NCBI RefSeq assembly: GCF_049554935.1
Contig: NZ_CP186926.1
Coordinates: 736,001-800,000 of the forward strand
DNA: 64,000 bases
Reading direction: 5' to 3'
Origin: Methanocaldococcus indicus
GTDB taxonomy: Archaea > AGJL01 > Methanococci > Methanococcales > Methanocaldococcaceae
This document shows, piece after piece, positions 23,022-35,855 of this stretch (position 1 is the first letter of the stretch; each line of letters begins with the position of its first letter). The position numbers were made by a program, and so were the translations under genes. Below the pieces are notes generated by a model, which made no database searches, was not told the origin of the DNA, and saw only the letters and a list, made by a program, of their open reading frames with translations.

Positions 23022-24862
23022 TGGAACTTTGGTTGTTTTGAGTATAACATTGGAAGAGGTAATGGTCTAAATGGATAGTTTTTAGTTTTTTCTTTTATTT
23101 CATTTATTAATTCATCAACACTCATTTTAACTTTATAGCTATTTTTTAATGTTGATTTTTCTCTAATTGTAACTGTTAGATAGTTGTTTTTTATTTCATC
23201 CTCTCCTAAAACAACAACATAATTAACCCAATCCTTTCCAGCATTTCTTATTTTTTTACCAACTCTATTATCTGTATCATCTACATCTACTCTAATATTA
23301 TTCTCTTTCAACTTATTAGCTATTTCAATTGCTTTATCTAAATATTCTTCTTTAACTGGGATGATTCTAACTTGTATTGGAGATAACCACAATGGTAAAT
23401 ATGGTAAAGACTCTTTTTTACTACCTTCACTCTCTAAAATTCCACATAATGCCCTCTCAATAGAACCTGTTGGAGAACAGTGTAATATAATTGGATATTT
23501 ATCATCTACTTTTATATTGAATCTCTTGCTACTTTCAACATCTATCTGAACTGTTGGGTTTTCAATTGGTCTTCCTAAACTATCTATAACAGCAATATCT
23601 ACCTTTCCAACCCAGTAGTGTTTTCTTTTAGGTAAGAGCTCTAAAATTACATCTTTATTGTATTTTTCTATATACTCATTAATTAATTTTAAAATCCAAT
23701 CTTTATACTCACTGAAAAAATCTTCTGTAAATCTGAATATTACATTGTAAGATACATTTAAATCATTTCCAGTTTTTAGACACATCCAGAACTGTTTTTC
23801 AAACTCTTCCATAGCTTGCTTTAAATCTAAACATAATGTGTGCATATCTGGCATTGTAAAGCATCTTAATCTCTTTAATCCTACCAATTCTCCTCTTTGT
23901 TCATATCTAAAACTGTAAGTAGAAAGTTCATAAAGCTTTAAAGGCAAATATTTAGGGAGAAGATACATATCTTTTTTCATCATAAACTGTCCAAAACATG
24001 CTGCAAATCTTAGCATTAAATCTCTATTACCTTGTCTAAATCTATACTGTCTCTCTCCAAACTTATCAGCATGCTCTTTAATAGCTTTAACTCCCAAATC
24101 ATACATAACAGGTGTTTCAACAGGCATAGCTCCATAAGATACTACTAAATTATAAACATAATCAGCCAATAAATCTCTAATTAATTTCCCTTTTGGATAC
24201 CATCTAAAATGTCCAGCATCTGATGCATCTTCATAAGAACATATATCTTTCTCCCCAATAATCTTTATATGGACTGGTTCTTTTTCAGAACTTTCTTTAA
24301 TTCCTAATTCATACTTAGCCAAAGCTAATAGTTCATTATCCTCTATAATATCTAAATTATCTTTGTTTAGTTCTATTAATTTACCATCTTTGACTAAATA
24401 AAATTTAGATTCAATTTGTTCTTTTTCTTCTTTCTCTTCTTCTGGATATATCTCTCTTGATAACTCACTTAGAGGATGTCCTTTACAACTTAATTTAAAT
24501 GCTTTATACCAACCAAAAGGAACTCTTAAAACATTATACTTATTCTTTAATCTTTCCTCTAATGATTTTAAAACTTTTAAAGCAACTTCTGGAGAAGAGA
24601 GATTTTTAGATAGATGTGCATAAGGATAGATAACAACATTATTAACTTTTATTTGTGAAATTACATTTTCTATTTCTTCAATTGCTTTATTTACAACACT
24701 TTCAGGATTTTTTTCATCTTCTTTCTCAACAGCTATAAAACAAACTAAACAATCCTCCATTTTTCCTTTTAAGTTATCTGTCTCCTCTGCTATTTTTGTT
24801 TTTTGCTTAGCTTCAAACTCTAAATAATCTGCATGTATTAGAAGCATTTTCAAATATATCAC
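23018..24862 (-). CDS. thrS: Threonyl-tRNA synthetase, archaeal type
   Basis: YPYAHLS editing domain, [24 protein letters not shown]. Confidence 0.97.
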   Translation of the reverse strand: MIYLKMLLIHADYLEFEAKQKTKIAEETDNLKGKMEDCLVCFIAVEKEDEKNPESVVNKAIEEIENVISQIKVNNVVIYPYAHLSKNLSSPEVALKVLKSLEERLKNKYNVLRVPFGWYKAFKLSCKGHPLSELSREIYPEEEKEEKEQIESKFYLVKDGKLIELNKDNLDIIEDNELLALAKYELGIKESSEKEPVHIKIIGEKDICSYEDASDAGHFRWYPKGKLIRDLLADYVYNLVVSYGAMPVETPVMYDLGVKAIKEHADKFGERQYRFRQGNRDLMLRFAACFGQFMMKKDMYLLPKYLPLKLYELSTYSFRYEQRGELVGLKRLRCFTMPDMHTLCLDLKQAMEEFEKQFWMCLKTGNDLNVSYNVIFRFTEDFFSEYKDWILKLINEYIEKYNKDVILELLPKRKHYWVGKVDIAVIDSLGRPIENPTVQIDVESSKRFNIKVDDKYPIILHCSPTGSIERALCGILESEGSKKESLPYLPLWLSPIQVRIIPVKEEYLDKAIEIANKLKENNIRVDVDDTDNRVGKKIRNAGKDWVNYVVVLGEDEIKNNYLTVTIREKSTLKNSYKVKMSVDELINEIKEKTKNYPFRPLPLPMLYSKQPKFH

Positions 24863-24942
24863 CCAATTAAAATTTTATAATTATAAGCAAAAAAATATAA
24901 CTATACCACACTACATATTTTTAATTTAAATCTTTTTGGAGG

Positions 24943-25491
24943 TTGAGTATGGAAGTTCTTGAACTATCTGAGAATGTCATAATTATAAAAAATGGATTAA
25001 ATGTATATAAAATAATAATAGATAATAACGAAGGTAAGTTATTAAAGTTAGTAAAAGATAAATATGTTGTTGTAGAAGAGGGTTTTAAAGGAGATAATAA
25101 AGAGATTATTGAAAAAGCTAAAAAATATATAATACTAATAGAGGACATAAAATTTGACCATACAAAAAATTCATGGGTTAGTGCTGTTGGATTAGATGAA
25201 AATGATTTAAATGATATTTTCTATACTCTTGTTGATGCAGTTGAACATTCCAATACATTATCAGAAGATATAGAATACATATACAAAAAATATAAAGATG
25301 ATATTAGAAAGCTGATAGTTGCTCTTATATATTTTGGACAGTTTATTGAAGATAGTAAAACAAAAGATTCTCTTTTGAAAATTTATGAATTTATATCTAA
25401 TTGGGAAAAATCATTATTATATCATAAGTTAGAAGAAATAAAAAAAGAAAAAGAAAATAAAAACCATAAAGAGCAAGGTTATATAAGGTGA
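24943..25491 (+). CDS. Hypothetical protein
   Basis: 182-aa ORF with GGAGGT RBS; no recognised motif. Confidence 0.65.
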   Translation: MSMEVLELSENVIIIKNGLNVYKIIIDNNEGKLLKLVKDKYVVVEEGFKGDNKEIIEKAKKYIILIEDIKFDHTKNSWVSAVGLDENDLNDIFYTLVDAVEHSNTLSEDIEYIYKKYKDDIRKLIVALIYFGQFIEDSKTKDSLLKIYEFISNWEKSLLYHKLEEIKKEKENKNHKEQGYIR

Positions 25492-25495
25492 GTTT

Positions 25496-25897
25496 ATGAT
25501 TTCAGGATACTTAGTTAGAGATGTAATGACAAAAGGAATAGTGGAGGTTCCATTAGAAACTAAGTTGGTGGAAATAGTTGAGATAATGAACAAATATAAC
25601 ATTTCCTCTGTTGTAGTATCTGATGGAGAGCAATTTTGGGGAATAATAACTGATTTGGATATTCTAAAAAATTATGAAAAATTGGAAGAATTAACTGCTG
25701 AGGATGTAATGACCACTAAGATTGTAACTGTAAGTCCAGAAGTTCCTTTGGAAAAAGCTATTAATATTATGGTAGAAAATAAGATTCATCATATATATGT
25801 TAAATCTTCATGTGAAGATAGAATAATAGGTGTTATATCCTCAAAAGATATTATTAAGTTGTTTGATGAGCTTATAAAAAAGAGAAAATTAGAGTGA
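25496..25897 (+). CDS. CBS-domain pair protein
   Basis: VRDVMT/AEDVMT and GIITD/GVISS repeats. Confidence 0.9.
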   Translation: MISGYLVRDVMTKGIVEVPLETKLVEIVEIMNKYNISSVVVSDGEQFWGIITDLDILKNYEKLEELTAEDVMTTKIVTVSPEVPLEKAINIMVENKIHHIYVKSSCEDRIIGVISSKDIIKLFDELIKKRKLE

Positions 25898-25901
25898 AAA
25901 C

Positions 25902-26471
25902 ATGATATTGTTTGACAAACCAGGAAAACAAAATACTGATGAAACACTAAAAATAGCTGTTGAGAGAGCTAAAAAGGGAGATATTAAGAGTATAGTCGTT
26001 GCATCTTCTTATGGAGATACTGCTAAAAAACTTTTAGATTTGTTAGAAAAAGAGAATCTAAATTTAAATGTAGTTGTTGTTACCTATCACCAAGGTTTTC
26101 ATGGAGAAGATAAAATATCTATGCCTAAGGAAGTTGAAGAAGAACTAACAAAAAGAGGTGCAAAAGTTTTTAGAGGTACTCATGCTTTAAGTGGAGTTGA
26201 GAGAGGAATATCCAACAAATTGGGAGGTTATGGGCCAGTTCAAGTAATAGCAGAAACTTTGAGAACATTTGGACAAGGAGTTAAAGTTTGTTATGAAATA
26301 ACTATTATGGCATGTGATGCAGGATTAATAAAAGCTAAGGAGGAAGTTATAGCAATAGGTGGAACTAGTAGAGGGGCAGATACAGCTATGGTTATAAAAC
26401 CTGCAAATATGAACACATTCTTTAACATAGAAGCAAGAGAAATCTTGTGTATGCCAAGAAACAAAAAATAA
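25902..26471 (+). CDS. Pyruvate-kinase alpha/beta-domain-like conserved protein
   Basis: [27 protein letters not shown] and GADTA motifs. Confidence 0.8.
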   Translation: MILFDKPGKQNTDETLKIAVERAKKGDIKSIVVASSYGDTAKKLLDLLEKENLNLNVVVVTYHQGFHGEDKISMPKEVEEELTKRGAKVFRGTHALSGVERGISNKLGGYGPVQVIAETLRTFGQGVKVCYEITIMACDAGLIKAKEEVIAIGGTSRGADTAMVIKPANMNTFFNIEAREILCMPRNKK

Positions 26472-26480
26472 TTTTTTATT

Positions 26481-27551
26481 TTATTCAGCTTTATTTATTT
26501 TTATTTTATTTATTCTTTCTATATCTCTTAGTTTTTTTAAGTCTCTTCTATGAATTAATGAGATAGCATGACCTTTTTTTCCTGCTCTCCCAGTTCTTCC
26601 TATTCTATGAATATATTTCTCAGGAGAATTAGGTAAATTATAATTTATAATATGAGTTAAATCTCTAATATCTATTCCTCTACACATAACATCTGTTGAT
26701 ATTAATACTTTAATCTTCTTATTTTTTAGTAATCTTACGGCTCTTTCTCTTGCATTCTGTTTTAAATCTCCATGTATCTCTTCCACTTTTATTCCTTTAT
26801 CTTTTAATTTTTTAGTTAAAATTTTAGTTTCTTTTTTTGTTTCACAGAACACAATTCCATAAAAATCAGATTTTAACAAATTAACTAATTTATTAAATTT
26901 TTCATTATCATTTTTAATTAAATAGTATGATTGTTCTATTTTATTGCTTATCTCAATTTTTATAAATTTATAATCTCCTAAATATTTTTTTACTAAATTT
27001 AAAATTTCTTTTGGCATAGTTGCAGAGAATAATAAAATTCTCTCTAAATTTTCACATTTTCTTATAATTTTTTCAACATCATCAATGAATCCCATATTTA
27101 ACATTTCATCAGCTTCATCTAATACTAAATATTTTACATTATCTAAATTAAATGTCCCTCTATTAATGTGGTCTAAAACTCTTCCTGGAGTTCCTACCAC
27201 AATATTTGATTTTTTTAATTCTTTAATTTGAGGATATATAGGTTTTCCACCATAAATTTTAACTACTTTTAAATTATTTGTTAAACTTTCTATTTCATTT
27301 GCTACTTGAATAGCCAACTCTCTTGTTGGTGTTAATATTAAAGCTTCATTTTTTTCACTAACCAACTCAACTAAAGGAATTGCAAAAGCAGCTGTTTTAC
27401 CACTACCAGTTATTGCTTGTGCAACTATATTCACATTTTCATTTAAAAAAATAGGAATTACTTCTTTTTGTATCTCTGTTGGTGTTTTATATCCTTTTTT
27501 GTTTATAGCTTTTAAAGTATTCTCTGAAAGATTAAAATCACTAAAATTCAT
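26481..27551 (-). CDS. DEAD-box RNA helicase
   Basis: TGSGKT, PTRELA, TPGR, DEAD, SAT and HRIGRTGR motifs. Confidence 0.95.
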   Translation of the reverse strand: MNFSDFNLSENTLKAINKKGYKTPTEIQKEVIPIFLNENVNIVAQAITGSGKTAAFAIPLVELVSEKNEALILTPTRELAIQVANEIESLTNNLKVVKIYGGKPIYPQIKELKKSNIVVGTPGRVLDHINRGTFNLDNVKYLVLDEADEMLNMGFIDDVEKIIRKCENLERILLFSATMPKEILNLVKKYLGDYKFIKIEISNKIEQSYYLIKNDNEKFNKLVNLLKSDFYGIVFCETKKETKILTKKLKDKGIKVEEIHGDLKQNARERAVRLLKNKKIKVLISTDVMCRGIDIRDLTHIINYNLPNSPEKYIHRIGRTGRAGKKGHAISLIHRRDLKKLRDIERINKIKINKAE

Positions 27552-27672
27552 TTTTTCACATCTTTAAAAATATTTAAGTAACAATAATATCTTATTCTAT
27601 ATATAACTTTGCAAAAATAGAAAAATAAAATAAATAGATAAAGCAAATAAATAAAAATAATAACTTTATGGT

Positions 27673-28182
27673 TTATTCTACAGTTTCTTTATACTTATTT
27701 AGTATTATTTCCTTGATAGCCTCTTTTATTTCATCAGTTATTTTTATGTCTGTCTGATATTTGATAGGAATGCTTATTGTTGTTATTTTTAAGTCTATAC
27801 TAATATTACCATCAACCTCTACAGGAATTGTGTTACTTCCTTCTTTTATAATATTAATTAATTTATCAGTAGATAAGGTTATTGGAATTTCAATTGTATT
27901 ATTTCCAGAAGTTATTTCAACATTTGACTTTTCACCATGTCCTAAAAATATTTTATTTCCATTGTTTAGTGCATATATATCAAAACTTATCTTTTTTAAA
28001 GTAATACTTATTGAATTTGGATTGTCTATAACTATTTTAAAAACTATGTTAGTATTTTTTTCATTTATATTTTTAATCTCAACTCCTTCAAAATATACCT
28101 TTGGCTCTTTAACATTCTCAAAACATCCTGCAGATAAAACAACAACTACTGAAAGTAATAAAAATATCAATAAGTTTCTCAT
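27673..28182 (-). CDS. LEA_2/WHy-domain lipoprotein
   Basis: LSAGC lipobox, EPKV, NPN motif, beta-sandwich pattern. Confidence 0.8.
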   Translation of the reverse strand: MRNLLIFLLLSVVVVLSAGCFENVKEPKVYFEGVEIKNINEKNTNIVFKIVIDNPNSISITLKKISFDIYALNNGNKIFLGHGEKSNVEITSGNNTIEIPITLSTDKLINIIKEGSNTIPVEVDGNISIDLKITTISIPIKYQTDIKITDEIKEAIKEIILNKYKETVE

Positions 28183-28307
28183 TGACTATCACCTTCTTAA
28201 TATCTCTTTATTTAAAGATTTAATATGTAATGTATTTTAAATGTTTATATTAAAGCTTTTATGTTATAAAAATAAATCATACTAATTAATCTTAAATTGT
28301 GGTTTTT

Positions 28308-28586
28308 ATGACAACAACTACTACTAATGAATTTAATAAAAAAAATATAAAAGAAATATTTGAATATATTATTGATGAGATTGATGAAGGAGAGTATGTT
28401 GAGATTTATTTTGGAAGAGTACATATTGAAGGAGAATTTTTTGAATTTGATGAAGAGGATGGTATAATTAAAATAGCTACTGAAAAATATGGTATTGTTG
28501 AGATAGATTTAAATAAAATTGATGAAATAATTTTAGAATTTGTTCATTATAAAAATAATATTAGAAATATTTTTAAATTCTATTAA
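28308..28586 (+). CDS. Small conserved archaeal protein (DUF2097-like)
   Basis: EIYFGRVHIEG motif; ATG at 28308 follows a GTGGT RBS. Confidence 0.6.
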   Translation: MTTTTTNEFNKKNIKEIFEYIIDEIDEGEYVEIYFGRVHIEGEFFEFDEEDGIIKIATEKYGIVEIDLNKIDEIILEFVHYKNNIRNIFKFY

Positions 28587-28587
28587 A

Positions 28588-29442
28588 ATGTGTGAGAATG
28601 TGGATATTTTAAAAAATTTGCCAATAACAGACAATCATATTCATGTTGATGATAAAAATGGTTATGGAGCTGAGAAGGTAGCTAAAACATTTTACAATGC
28701 TGGAGGAAAAGTAATGATTGTTTTAAATAAACCAACATTTGATTTAAACCTAACAAAGTCAATGGACATCTTAATTAAAGATGTAGAAAAAATAAATAAA
28801 AATACTTCTGTTAAAGCTTTTGGTTTGGTTGGTGTGCATCCTGCTGAACTAACTTATTTAATGAAATTTATGAGTTTAGAAGAAGCAAAAAATAAAATCA
28901 TAGATGCTTTAAATTATGCAAAAAAACTTGTTGAGGAACATGATTTTATTGTAGGGATTGGTGAAGTAGGAAGACCACACTATCCTGTAAGTGAAGAAGT
29001 TTGGAAAGTATCAAATGAGATTTTAAAATATTGTATGGAATTAGCAAAAGATGTTGGTTGTGCTATTCAGATACATGCTGAAAGCTCAAATGAAGAACAA
29101 TTTAAAGAGTTTTATAATATGGCCAAAGAAGCTGGTTTAAATCCTGAAAGAGTTGTTAAGCATCACTGTGGAGATATGGTTTTAGAAGGAGAGAAATACA
29201 AAATTTTTCCTTCAATTTTAGCTACAAGAGTTAAAGAGGATATTATAAAAAAATCTCTAAGGTTTGTAATGGAAACTGACTATATAGATGATTTAAGAAG
29301 GCCAGGAGTTGTTTTAGGAATCAAAACTGTTCCAAGAGTTACAAGGAAACTTTTAGAAAAAGGAATATTAAATGAAGATATGGTCTATAAAATACATAAA
29401 GAAAATATTGAAAAGATTTATAATATTGACTTAGAATTTTAA
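28588..29442 (+). CDS. TatD-family metallohydrolase
   Basis: DNHIH, GVHP, GEVGRPH, IHAE, HH and ETD motifs; true start likely 28588 or later. Confidence 0.88.
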   Translation: MCENVDILKNLPITDNHIHVDDKNGYGAEKVAKTFYNAGGKVMIVLNKPTFDLNLTKSMDILIKDVEKINKNTSVKAFGLVGVHPAELTYLMKFMSLEEAKNKIIDALNYAKKLVEEHDFIVGIGEVGRPHYPVSEEVWKVSNEILKYCMELAKDVGCAIQIHAESSNEEQFKEFYNMAKEAGLNPERVVKHHCGDMVLEGEKYKIFPSILATRVKEDIIKKSLRFVMETDYIDDLRRPGVVLGIKTVPRVTRKLLEKGILNEDMVYKIHKENIEKIYNIDLEF

Positions 29443-29447
29443 AAATT

Positions 29448-29688
29448 TTAATAATTTATAGTGAGATTAGACAATTTATTAGAATATGTATTTGATAAAT
29501 TAGCCAAAGCTTGAATTGTTCTATTATATGTTCTTTCTACATCTTTATGGGGAATATCTAAATAATGTTTTAAATAAAAATAAGCTGAAACTGAACTAAC
29601 AATAACAAAAGCTAAAACTAAAATCCCAATTTCCATACTAATTTGTCCTCTATTTGAGAATATTACTTTTTTTTATAATAGTGGTCAC
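29448..29688 (-). pseudogene. Type IV pilin-like protein, class III signal peptide frameshifted at an A8 run
   Basis: KKVIFSNRG|QISMEIGILV lies upstream of the 62-aa ORF; GTG at 29688 is out of frame by one base. Confidence 0.7.
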
Positions 29689-31302
29689 CTACATAACATA
29701 CCTCTTTCTCTTTTCTACATCCTCCATTAGTTTTAATATCTCATCAATATTCTTAATTTCTTCTTTATAACCTTTTAAAAACTTATCCCAAATCTCTTCA
29801 AATCTATAATAATGTGTCGATTGTAAAGCTTTTTTAAACACTATTAAATCAATAGCTTTATCCTCATCTATATCAGTTATTTTAGCTAAACCAAAATCAA
29901 TAATATATAGTTGATTATCTTTAACAATTACATTTGATGTTGTTAAATCATTATGAACTATATTGTTTTTATGAAGAGTACCAATAACTTTCCCTAATTT
30001 ATAAGCTAATTCTATATCTTTCTCAATTATATCTTTTAAAACTTTTCCTTTAATATATTCAATAACCATTTTTTTATTTTCTAAATCAACATCAAATACA
30101 TAAGGAGTTTTTACATCTAAATCTTTAACTAATGCTAATAACTTAGCTTCTCTATTTGTCCTTCCTTTTCTTAATCTTTCATCTAAATCTTTATGTCTAT
30201 AACTCTTCTTTATTCTCTCTTTAATAACAACATCATAGTAATCTAAATATTTCTCCTTCCTAATATTTGCCTCTGCACCTTTTCCTATCAACTCTTTAGG
30301 TAATTCTCTCTTTTTTCCTTTAATATTTTTTATCCAAACAACATCAACCATATCTGTCCTATAATAAGGCATAATTTTAGTATCTTCTAAATTCATTCTT
30401 TTTCCTGCTTTATACTCTAAAATTCCTAACCAAGCTATCATAACTCCATTATCTCCACACACCTCTCTTGGAGGAATATAAAAATCAGCCCCCTGCTCTT
30501 TTGCCATTTCTTTAATCATCTCTTGTAATCTTTTATTTACAGCAACTCCTCCTACTAATAAAACCTCTCCTTTATTTGTGTGAGATAAAGCTCTTTCAGT
30601 TATTTCTGTAAGCATTGCAAAGGCATACTCTTGTAAAGAAAAACAGACATCTTCCTTACTTTCCCCACTATCATAAGCATTCTTGCAAGCTGTCAATAAT
30701 CCTGAAAAGGCAACATCCATACCTTTAACAGTGTAAGGTAATTCTAACAATTTTTTTCCTTTTTTTGCTAATTCCTCAATATATGGCCCTCCTGGATGAG
30801 GAAGAGATAAATGCCTTGCAAGTTGGTCTAAACAATTACCAACAGCTATATCCAAAGTTTCTCCAAAAACTCTATATTTATTTGAAACATAAGCTATAAC
30901 TTGGGTGTTTCCTCCACTTACATATAGTGTTAGTGGGTCTTCACACTTTGTTGTTAGCTTTCCTATCTCTATATGGGATATACAATGATTTACTCCTATT
31001 ATTGGTTTATTTAATGATAAAGCTAATGCTCTTGCTGCTGTTGCAGTTACTCTTAAACTTGGACCTAATCCAGGACCTTGAGAGAATGCAATTAAATCAA
31101 TATCTTTCTTATCCACAACTTCAAAAGCTTCCTCAATTAGTTTAGGAAATGTCTCTGCATGATGGTCAGCTGCTTTCCTTGGATTTATTCCTTGCTTTGG
31201 TGGAGTGTAAATAACTGACTTATTAAATAAAATCTCTCCTTCATCAGTTATAATTCCAACTCCTGTCTTTTCTGCAGTCCCTTCTAAACCTAAGCATATC
31301 AT
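29689..31302 (-). CDS. kae1: Bifunctional Kae1/Bud32 (t6A tRNA modification)
   Basis: LEGTA, NHCISH, SGG, DNG; kinase motifs [16 protein letters not shown]. Confidence 0.96.
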   Translation of the reverse strand: MICLGLEGTAEKTGVGIITDEGEILFNKSVIYTPPKQGINPRKAADHHAETFPKLIEEAFEVVDKKDIDLIAFSQGPGLGPSLRVTATAARALALSLNKPIIGVNHCISHIEIGKLTTKCEDPLTLYVSGGNTQVIAYVSNKYRVFGETLDIAVGNCLDQLARHLSLPHPGGPYIEELAKKGKKLLELPYTVKGMDVAFSGLLTACKNAYDSGESKEDVCFSLQEYAFAMLTEITERALSHTNKGEVLLVGGVAVNKRLQEMIKEMAKEQGADFYIPPREVCGDNGVMIAWLGILEYKAGKRMNLEDTKIMPYYRTDMVDVVWIKNIKGKKRELPKELIGKGAEANIRKEKYLDYYDVVIKERIKKSYRHKDLDERLRKGRTNREAKLLALVKDLDVKTPYVFDVDLENKKMVIEYIKGKVLKDIIEKDIELAYKLGKVIGTLHKNNIVHNDLTTSNVIVKDNQLYIIDFGLAKITDIDEDKAIDLIVFKKALQSTHYYRFEEIWDKFLKGYKEEIKNIDEILKLMEDVEKRKRYVM

Positions 31303-31371
31303 ACTATCTCACAAAATAAAATTTTAAATTTAAAAAGAAATGGGATATTTAAATTACAAAAAAATCTTTAA

Positions 31372-33555
31372 TTAAAGTTCTCCCATAATTTTTGGAAAAG
31401 CTTTCTCATAACTTTCTTTTATTTCATCTAAGTTAAGTTTAATCTCTTTATCATTAACTTTAATTTTTAATCCATAATCTTTACTTTTTACTTTTCCAAT
31501 TATATAAAATTCATCTTTAATTTTATCTAAATCTTTCTCATCTATTGCCAAAATTATTCTTCCTGATGTTTCAGAGAATAAAAGTATATCCTCCCTTAAA
31601 TTATTTTTATTGTATGATGTTAAATCTATATCTGCTCCAACATTGTAATTTAAACAAAACTTAGCTAAAGCAATAGCTAAACCTCCTCTACCACAGTCCT
31701 TAGCTCCTTTTATAACACCTTCTTCAATAAGTTCAACAACTTTGTTGTATATTCTTTTTTCTTTCTCTAAATTAACTCTTGGAACTATTCCTTCCTCAGT
31801 ATTATGGATAACTTTATAGTATTCACTTCCTCCCATTTCATCTTTTGTCTCATTTGTTATAACTAATATATCTCCTTCTTCAGGTTTTTTAAATACTCCT
31901 GGGACATTTTCAACATTCTTTATTCTTCCTATTATTGCTATTGCAGGAGTTGGATTTATTGGATACTCTTTTCCTTTTATAATACTTTCATTGTATAAAC
32001 TTACGTTACCTCCAACAACTGGAATCTCAAATACATAACAACCTTCTGCCAAACCTTCAATACATTTTTTTAATTGCCAATATCTTTCTGGTTTTTCTGG
32101 ATTTCCAAAGTTTAAATTATCTAAAAATGCTATTGGCTTAGCTCCAACAGTTGCTAAATTTCTAACTGCCTCAGCAACAGTATATAATGAACCAATATAT
32201 GGATTTAACTTACAAAATCTTGAATTACATTCAGCAACTAATCCAATTCCTAATGGATAGAGTTTATCAATTTTTAAAACAGCTGCATCTTTTCCTGGCT
32301 TAACCACAGTTCTTATTTGCACATCATAGTCATACTGTGAATAAATCCATTCTTTTGAGCAGATATTAGGACTTTCTAATAATTTTAGTATTACTTCCTT
32401 TAAATCTTCTGGGAGAGGGATGTTCTCTTTATTATCTATCTTCTCCTTTATATCTGCCTTTTCTTCTCTATCATAGAGAGGAGCATTAGTTAATAACTCA
32501 ATAGGTAAATCAACTACAACCTCTCCATTATACTTTGCAATAATTCTACCATTGTCTGTTGTCTCACCAATAACAGCAGCAGGTAAGTTGTATTTTTCAA
32601 AGATTTTTATAATTTCATTCTCAGAACCTTTCTCAACAGCTAACAACATTCTTTCCTGACTTTCAGAAATCATTATTTCATAAGGAGTTAATGGTTCCCT
32701 TAAAATAACTTTATCTAACTCTAACATACAGCCAGATAAGCACATCTCAGTTGATGCCCCAGATAAACCTGCTGCACCTAAATCTTTCATTGCTTTAACA
32801 TTTTTAGTTTTTATTGCCTCTAATACAGCATCTATTAAATTTTTCTCAGTAAAAGCATCTCCAATCTGAACAGATGGTCTATCTTCTTCACTCTCTTCTG
32901 TTAAATCTTTTGATGCAAAACTTGCTCCACCAATTCCATCTCTTCCAGTAGAGCCAACTAAGATTAAAGAATATCCTGGCTTATCTATTTTTCCTCTTAT
33001 TATATCTTCTTCTTTAACTAATCCTACACAAATTACATTAACTAAGTTGTTGTAGTTAAAAGAGTCATCAAACTCTGTCTCTCCACCAACAGTAGGAACT
33101 CCTATCCTATTTCCATAATCTCCAATCCCTCTAACAACTCCATCAATTAACCATCTAACTTTCTCTCCTTCTTCTCCAAAAGGATTTCCAAATCTTAAAC
33201 TATCTAAAAGAGCTATTGGCTTAGCCCCCATTGAGAGAACATCTCTAACTATTCCTCCAACACCAGTAGCAGCTCCATTATAAGGGTCTATATAGGAAGG
33301 ATGATTATGACTTTCCATAGCCAAAGCTAAACATATATCTCTATCTAGCCTTATAACTGCTGCATCATCTCCAATTCCAACAACAATATCTTTTTTAGTT
33401 TTCTCATTTATTGTTTTTGAAAAAATTCTTAAAAGTTTCTTAGAAGTTCTATAAGCACAATGCTCACTCCACAAGTTCTCAAACATTGCTAATTCAATCT
33501 CATTTAACTTTCTTCCTAACTTTTCTTCAATATATTTTATATCTTTTTCATCCAT
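31372..33555 (-). CDS. purL: Phosphoribosylformylglycinamidine synthase subunit PurL
   Basis: WSEHC, ESHNHPS, SESQERM and GGNVSLYN motifs. Confidence 0.97.
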   Translation of the reverse strand: MDEKDIKYIEEKLGRKLNEIELAMFENLWSEHCAYRTSKKLLRIFSKTINEKTKKDIVVGIGDDAAVIRLDRDICLALAMESHNHPSYIDPYNGAATGVGGIVRDVLSMGAKPIALLDSLRFGNPFGEEGEKVRWLIDGVVRGIGDYGNRIGVPTVGGETEFDDSFNYNNLVNVICVGLVKEEDIIRGKIDKPGYSLILVGSTGRDGIGGASFASKDLTEESEEDRPSVQIGDAFTEKNLIDAVLEAIKTKNVKAMKDLGAAGLSGASTEMCLSGCMLELDKVILREPLTPYEIMISESQERMLLAVEKGSENEIIKIFEKYNLPAAVIGETTDNGRIIAKYNGEVVVDLPIELLTNAPLYDREEKADIKEKIDNKENIPLPEDLKEVILKLLESPNICSKEWIYSQYDYDVQIRTVVKPGKDAAVLKIDKLYPLGIGLVAECNSRFCKLNPYIGSLYTVAEAVRNLATVGAKPIAFLDNLNFGNPEKPERYWQLKKCIEGLAEGCYVFEIPVVGGNVSLYNESIIKGKEYPINPTPAIAIIGRIKNVENVPGVFKKPEEGDILVITNETKDEMGGSEYYKVIHNTEEGIVPRVNLEKEKRIYNKVVELIEEGVIKGAKDCGRGGLAIALAKFCLNYNVGADIDLTSYNKNNLREDILLFSETSGRIILAIDEKDLDKIKDEFYIIGKVKSKDYGLKIKVNDKEIKLNLDEIKESYEKAFPKIMGEL

Positions 33556-33580
33556 AACTCTCTTACCTTTAACATATCTT

Positions 33581-34483
33581 TTATTCTTCTACATTAACTT
33601 CAAAACTAATAAGTTTATTTTTGACAATACCATTACTTTCATATTCAACATAAAAATCTAATGGTACTTCTCCTAAATCTAATGGTTTTATATATATAAT
33701 ATATTTTTTAGATTCTGAAGGTTTAAGTTTCTTAATTTTTGGTAGTTTTTTACCTTTAAATTCTTCACAATTTATTTTTACTATTATGTTTTCAAATTCT
33801 TTTTCATCTGAATTGTTTTTAACTTCTAATTCCAATTTTGTCCATCTATTTACTTTAAAATTATATTTATCTATAGATAGCTCAATGGTTGCTGGTTTTT
33901 TTGGTCTTTCTTTACTTCCATTTATTTTCTTTTCAATAAGTTCTTTAGATTCTTTTGCAGATTTATATTCTGGTTTTAATTGTAAAACCTTATCAAAACA
34001 TTTAATAGCTTCTTCATACTTTCCTAACTTAGTCAATGCTAATCCTAAATTATACCAAGCATCTGCATAATTTGGATTTAACTCAATAGCTTTTTTATAA
34101 CATTCAATAGCTTCCTCATATTTCCCTAATTTTGCTAACGCTACCCCTTTATTGTTCCATGCATAATAATCTTTTGGATTCAATTCTAAAACTTTATCAT
34201 AACATTTAATAGCTTCTTCATATTTCCCTAATTTTGCATAAGCAACACCCATATTGAACCAAGCATCTACATAATCAGGATTTAACTCAACAGCTTTTTT
34301 GTAACATTCAATAGCTTCCTCATATCTACCCAATTTTGCTAATGCTACCCCTTTATTATACCATGCAGGAGCATAATTTGGATTTAACTCAATAACTTTA
34401 TCGTAACATTCAATAGCTTCCTCATATTTGCCCAACTTCGCTAATGCTACCCCTTTATTGAACCATGCCATAAAATCTTCCAT
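33581..34483 (-). CDS. TPR-repeat protein (5 repeats) with C-terminal Ig/CARDB-like domain
   Basis: 34-aa [21 protein letters not shown] repeats at a 102-nt period; ATG at 34483 follows a GGTGG RBS. Confidence 0.88.
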   Translation of the reverse strand: MEDFMAWFNKGVALAKLGKYEEAIECYDKVIELNPNYAPAWYNKGVALAKLGRYEEAIECYKKAVELNPDYVDAWFNMGVAYAKLGKYEEAIKCYDKVLELNPKDYYAWNNKGVALAKLGKYEEAIECYKKAIELNPNYADAWYNLGLALTKLGKYEEAIKCFDKVLQLKPEYKSAKESKELIEKKINGSKERPKKPATIELSIDKYNFKVNRWTKLELEVKNNSDEKEFENIIVKINCEEFKGKKLPKIKKLKPSESKKYIIYIKPLDLGEVPLDFYVEYESNGIVKNKLISFEVNVEE

Positions 34484-34636
34484 ACAACCACCGCACACAT
34501 GGTTATTTATAATATTCTATATTTGTAGTATTTTATTGTAAATTATGTAAAAAATGCTATATATATCTTTAATTCTATTTAGTGGTTAATTTAAATAAAT
34601 GAATATACAATTAATAAAAAAGTAAAATATATGAGA

Positions 34637-35092
34637 TTATTTGATAGGAACGAACATACTTGACCTTGTAGCTCCCATACCAGGAGAACCATGTTGTACT
34701 GGTTTTCTTGTTAATGAGAACTCTCCTAAATAGTGCCCAATCATTTCAGGTGTTATTTTAACTTCTACAAACTCTTTTCCATTATATACTCCAAAGGTTA
34801 ATCCTACCATATCTGGAGTAATAACAAAATCTCTACAGTGTGTTCTTATTATTCTTGGTTCTTTACCTTTGTTTAATAATCTTCTTGCTCTTTTAATTTT
34901 TATAGCTAATTTTCTTTGTTTTGGAGTTAAACCTCTTAATATTGTTCTTCTTTGTCTTGCTGGTAGTAATTTTATAAATTCTTTCATAGGCATTTGTTGT
35001 AATTCTTCTAATGTATATCCTCTATATCTAAACTCTACCTTTTTAGATATAGTTTGTTTTTTCTTTTTTCTTCTTACTCTCTTACTTGCCAT
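34637..35092 (-). CDS. rps19: 30S ribosomal protein uS19
   Basis: RTHCRD and [11 protein letters not shown] motifs. Confidence 0.97.
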   Translation of the reverse strand: MASKRVRRKKKKQTISKKVEFRYRGYTLEELQQMPMKEFIKLLPARQRRTILRGLTPKQRKLAIKIKRARRLLNKGKEPRIIRTHCRDFVITPDMVGLTFGVYNGKEFVEVKITPEMIGHYLGEFSLTRKPVQHGSPGMGATRSSMFVPIK

Positions 35093-35105
35093 ACTAACTC
35101 ACCCT

Positions 35106-35840
35106 TTATTTTCTAACTCCTGTTCTTCTCGCAGATATGTGTCCTACTTTTCTACCAGCAGGAGCTTTCTTTCTTGATACAGTTGTTGGCTTACCAGTGT
35201 GTTGGTGTCTTCCACCACCAAATGGGTGGTCAACTGCGTTCATTGCAACTCCTCTAACTCTTGGCCATTTAATTGCTTTAGCTCTTAATGCATGATACTT
35301 TTTACCAGCTTTTACCATTGGTTTTTCTAATCTTCCTCCACCAGCAACAACTCCAATAGTAGCTCTACATTTAGAATCAAATACTTTCATCTTTCCAGAA
35401 GGTAATTTAACATAAGTTTTTTCATTAACTCTATCATGAGTTATAACATAAGCATAGCATCCTCCAGCTCTTACAATTTTACCTCCATCTCCTGGCATGG
35501 ACTCAATATTATATACAGGAATCCCTTCTGGAATTTCTCCTAATGGTAAAACATTTCCTGGTTTAATTTCAGCTCCAACTCCACACTCTAAGATATCTCC
35601 AACTTTACAACCTTCTGGAACTAAGTATAGTTTTTCTTCTCCTGTTTCAAACTTAACCAAAGCAACTGGGGCACTTCTCCCAGGGTCGTGAAGTATATCA
35701 ATAATTTTTCCTACAACTTTTCCATTTTTTTCTAATTCATCAAATTTTCTGTATTTTACTTCTCCTCTTCTCTTGTGAGATGGACAAGTATATACACTAC
35801 CTCCTCTACCTCTTCTTTGAGATATTAATCTTTTTCCCAT
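35106..35840 (-). CDS. rpl2: 50S ribosomal protein uL2
   Basis: HDPGR and RGVAMNAVDHPFGGG motifs. Confidence 0.98.
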   Translation of the reverse strand: MGKRLISQRRGRGGSVYTCPSHKRRGEVKYRKFDELEKNGKVVGKIIDILHDPGRSAPVALVKFETGEEKLYLVPEGCKVGDILECGVGAEIKPGNVLPLGEIPEGIPVYNIESMPGDGGKIVRAGGCYAYVITHDRVNEKTYVKLPSGKMKVFDSKCRATIGVVAGGGRLEKPMVKAGKKYHALRAKAIKWPRVRGVAMNAVDHPFGGGRHQHTGKPTTVSRKKAPAGRKVGHISARRTGVRK

Positions 35841-35855
35841 GTTTAATCACCTAAT

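Noticed and set aside
27612-27662. AAATA-like repeats
   Set aside because: Low-complexity U-tract terminator sequence with no regular period.
33574-34576. 13/14-nt direct repeat flanking the TPR gene (ATATCTTT(T/A)ATTCT)
   Set aside because: Imperfect and low-complexity, and it overlaps a promoter-like element; not enough to call a target duplication.
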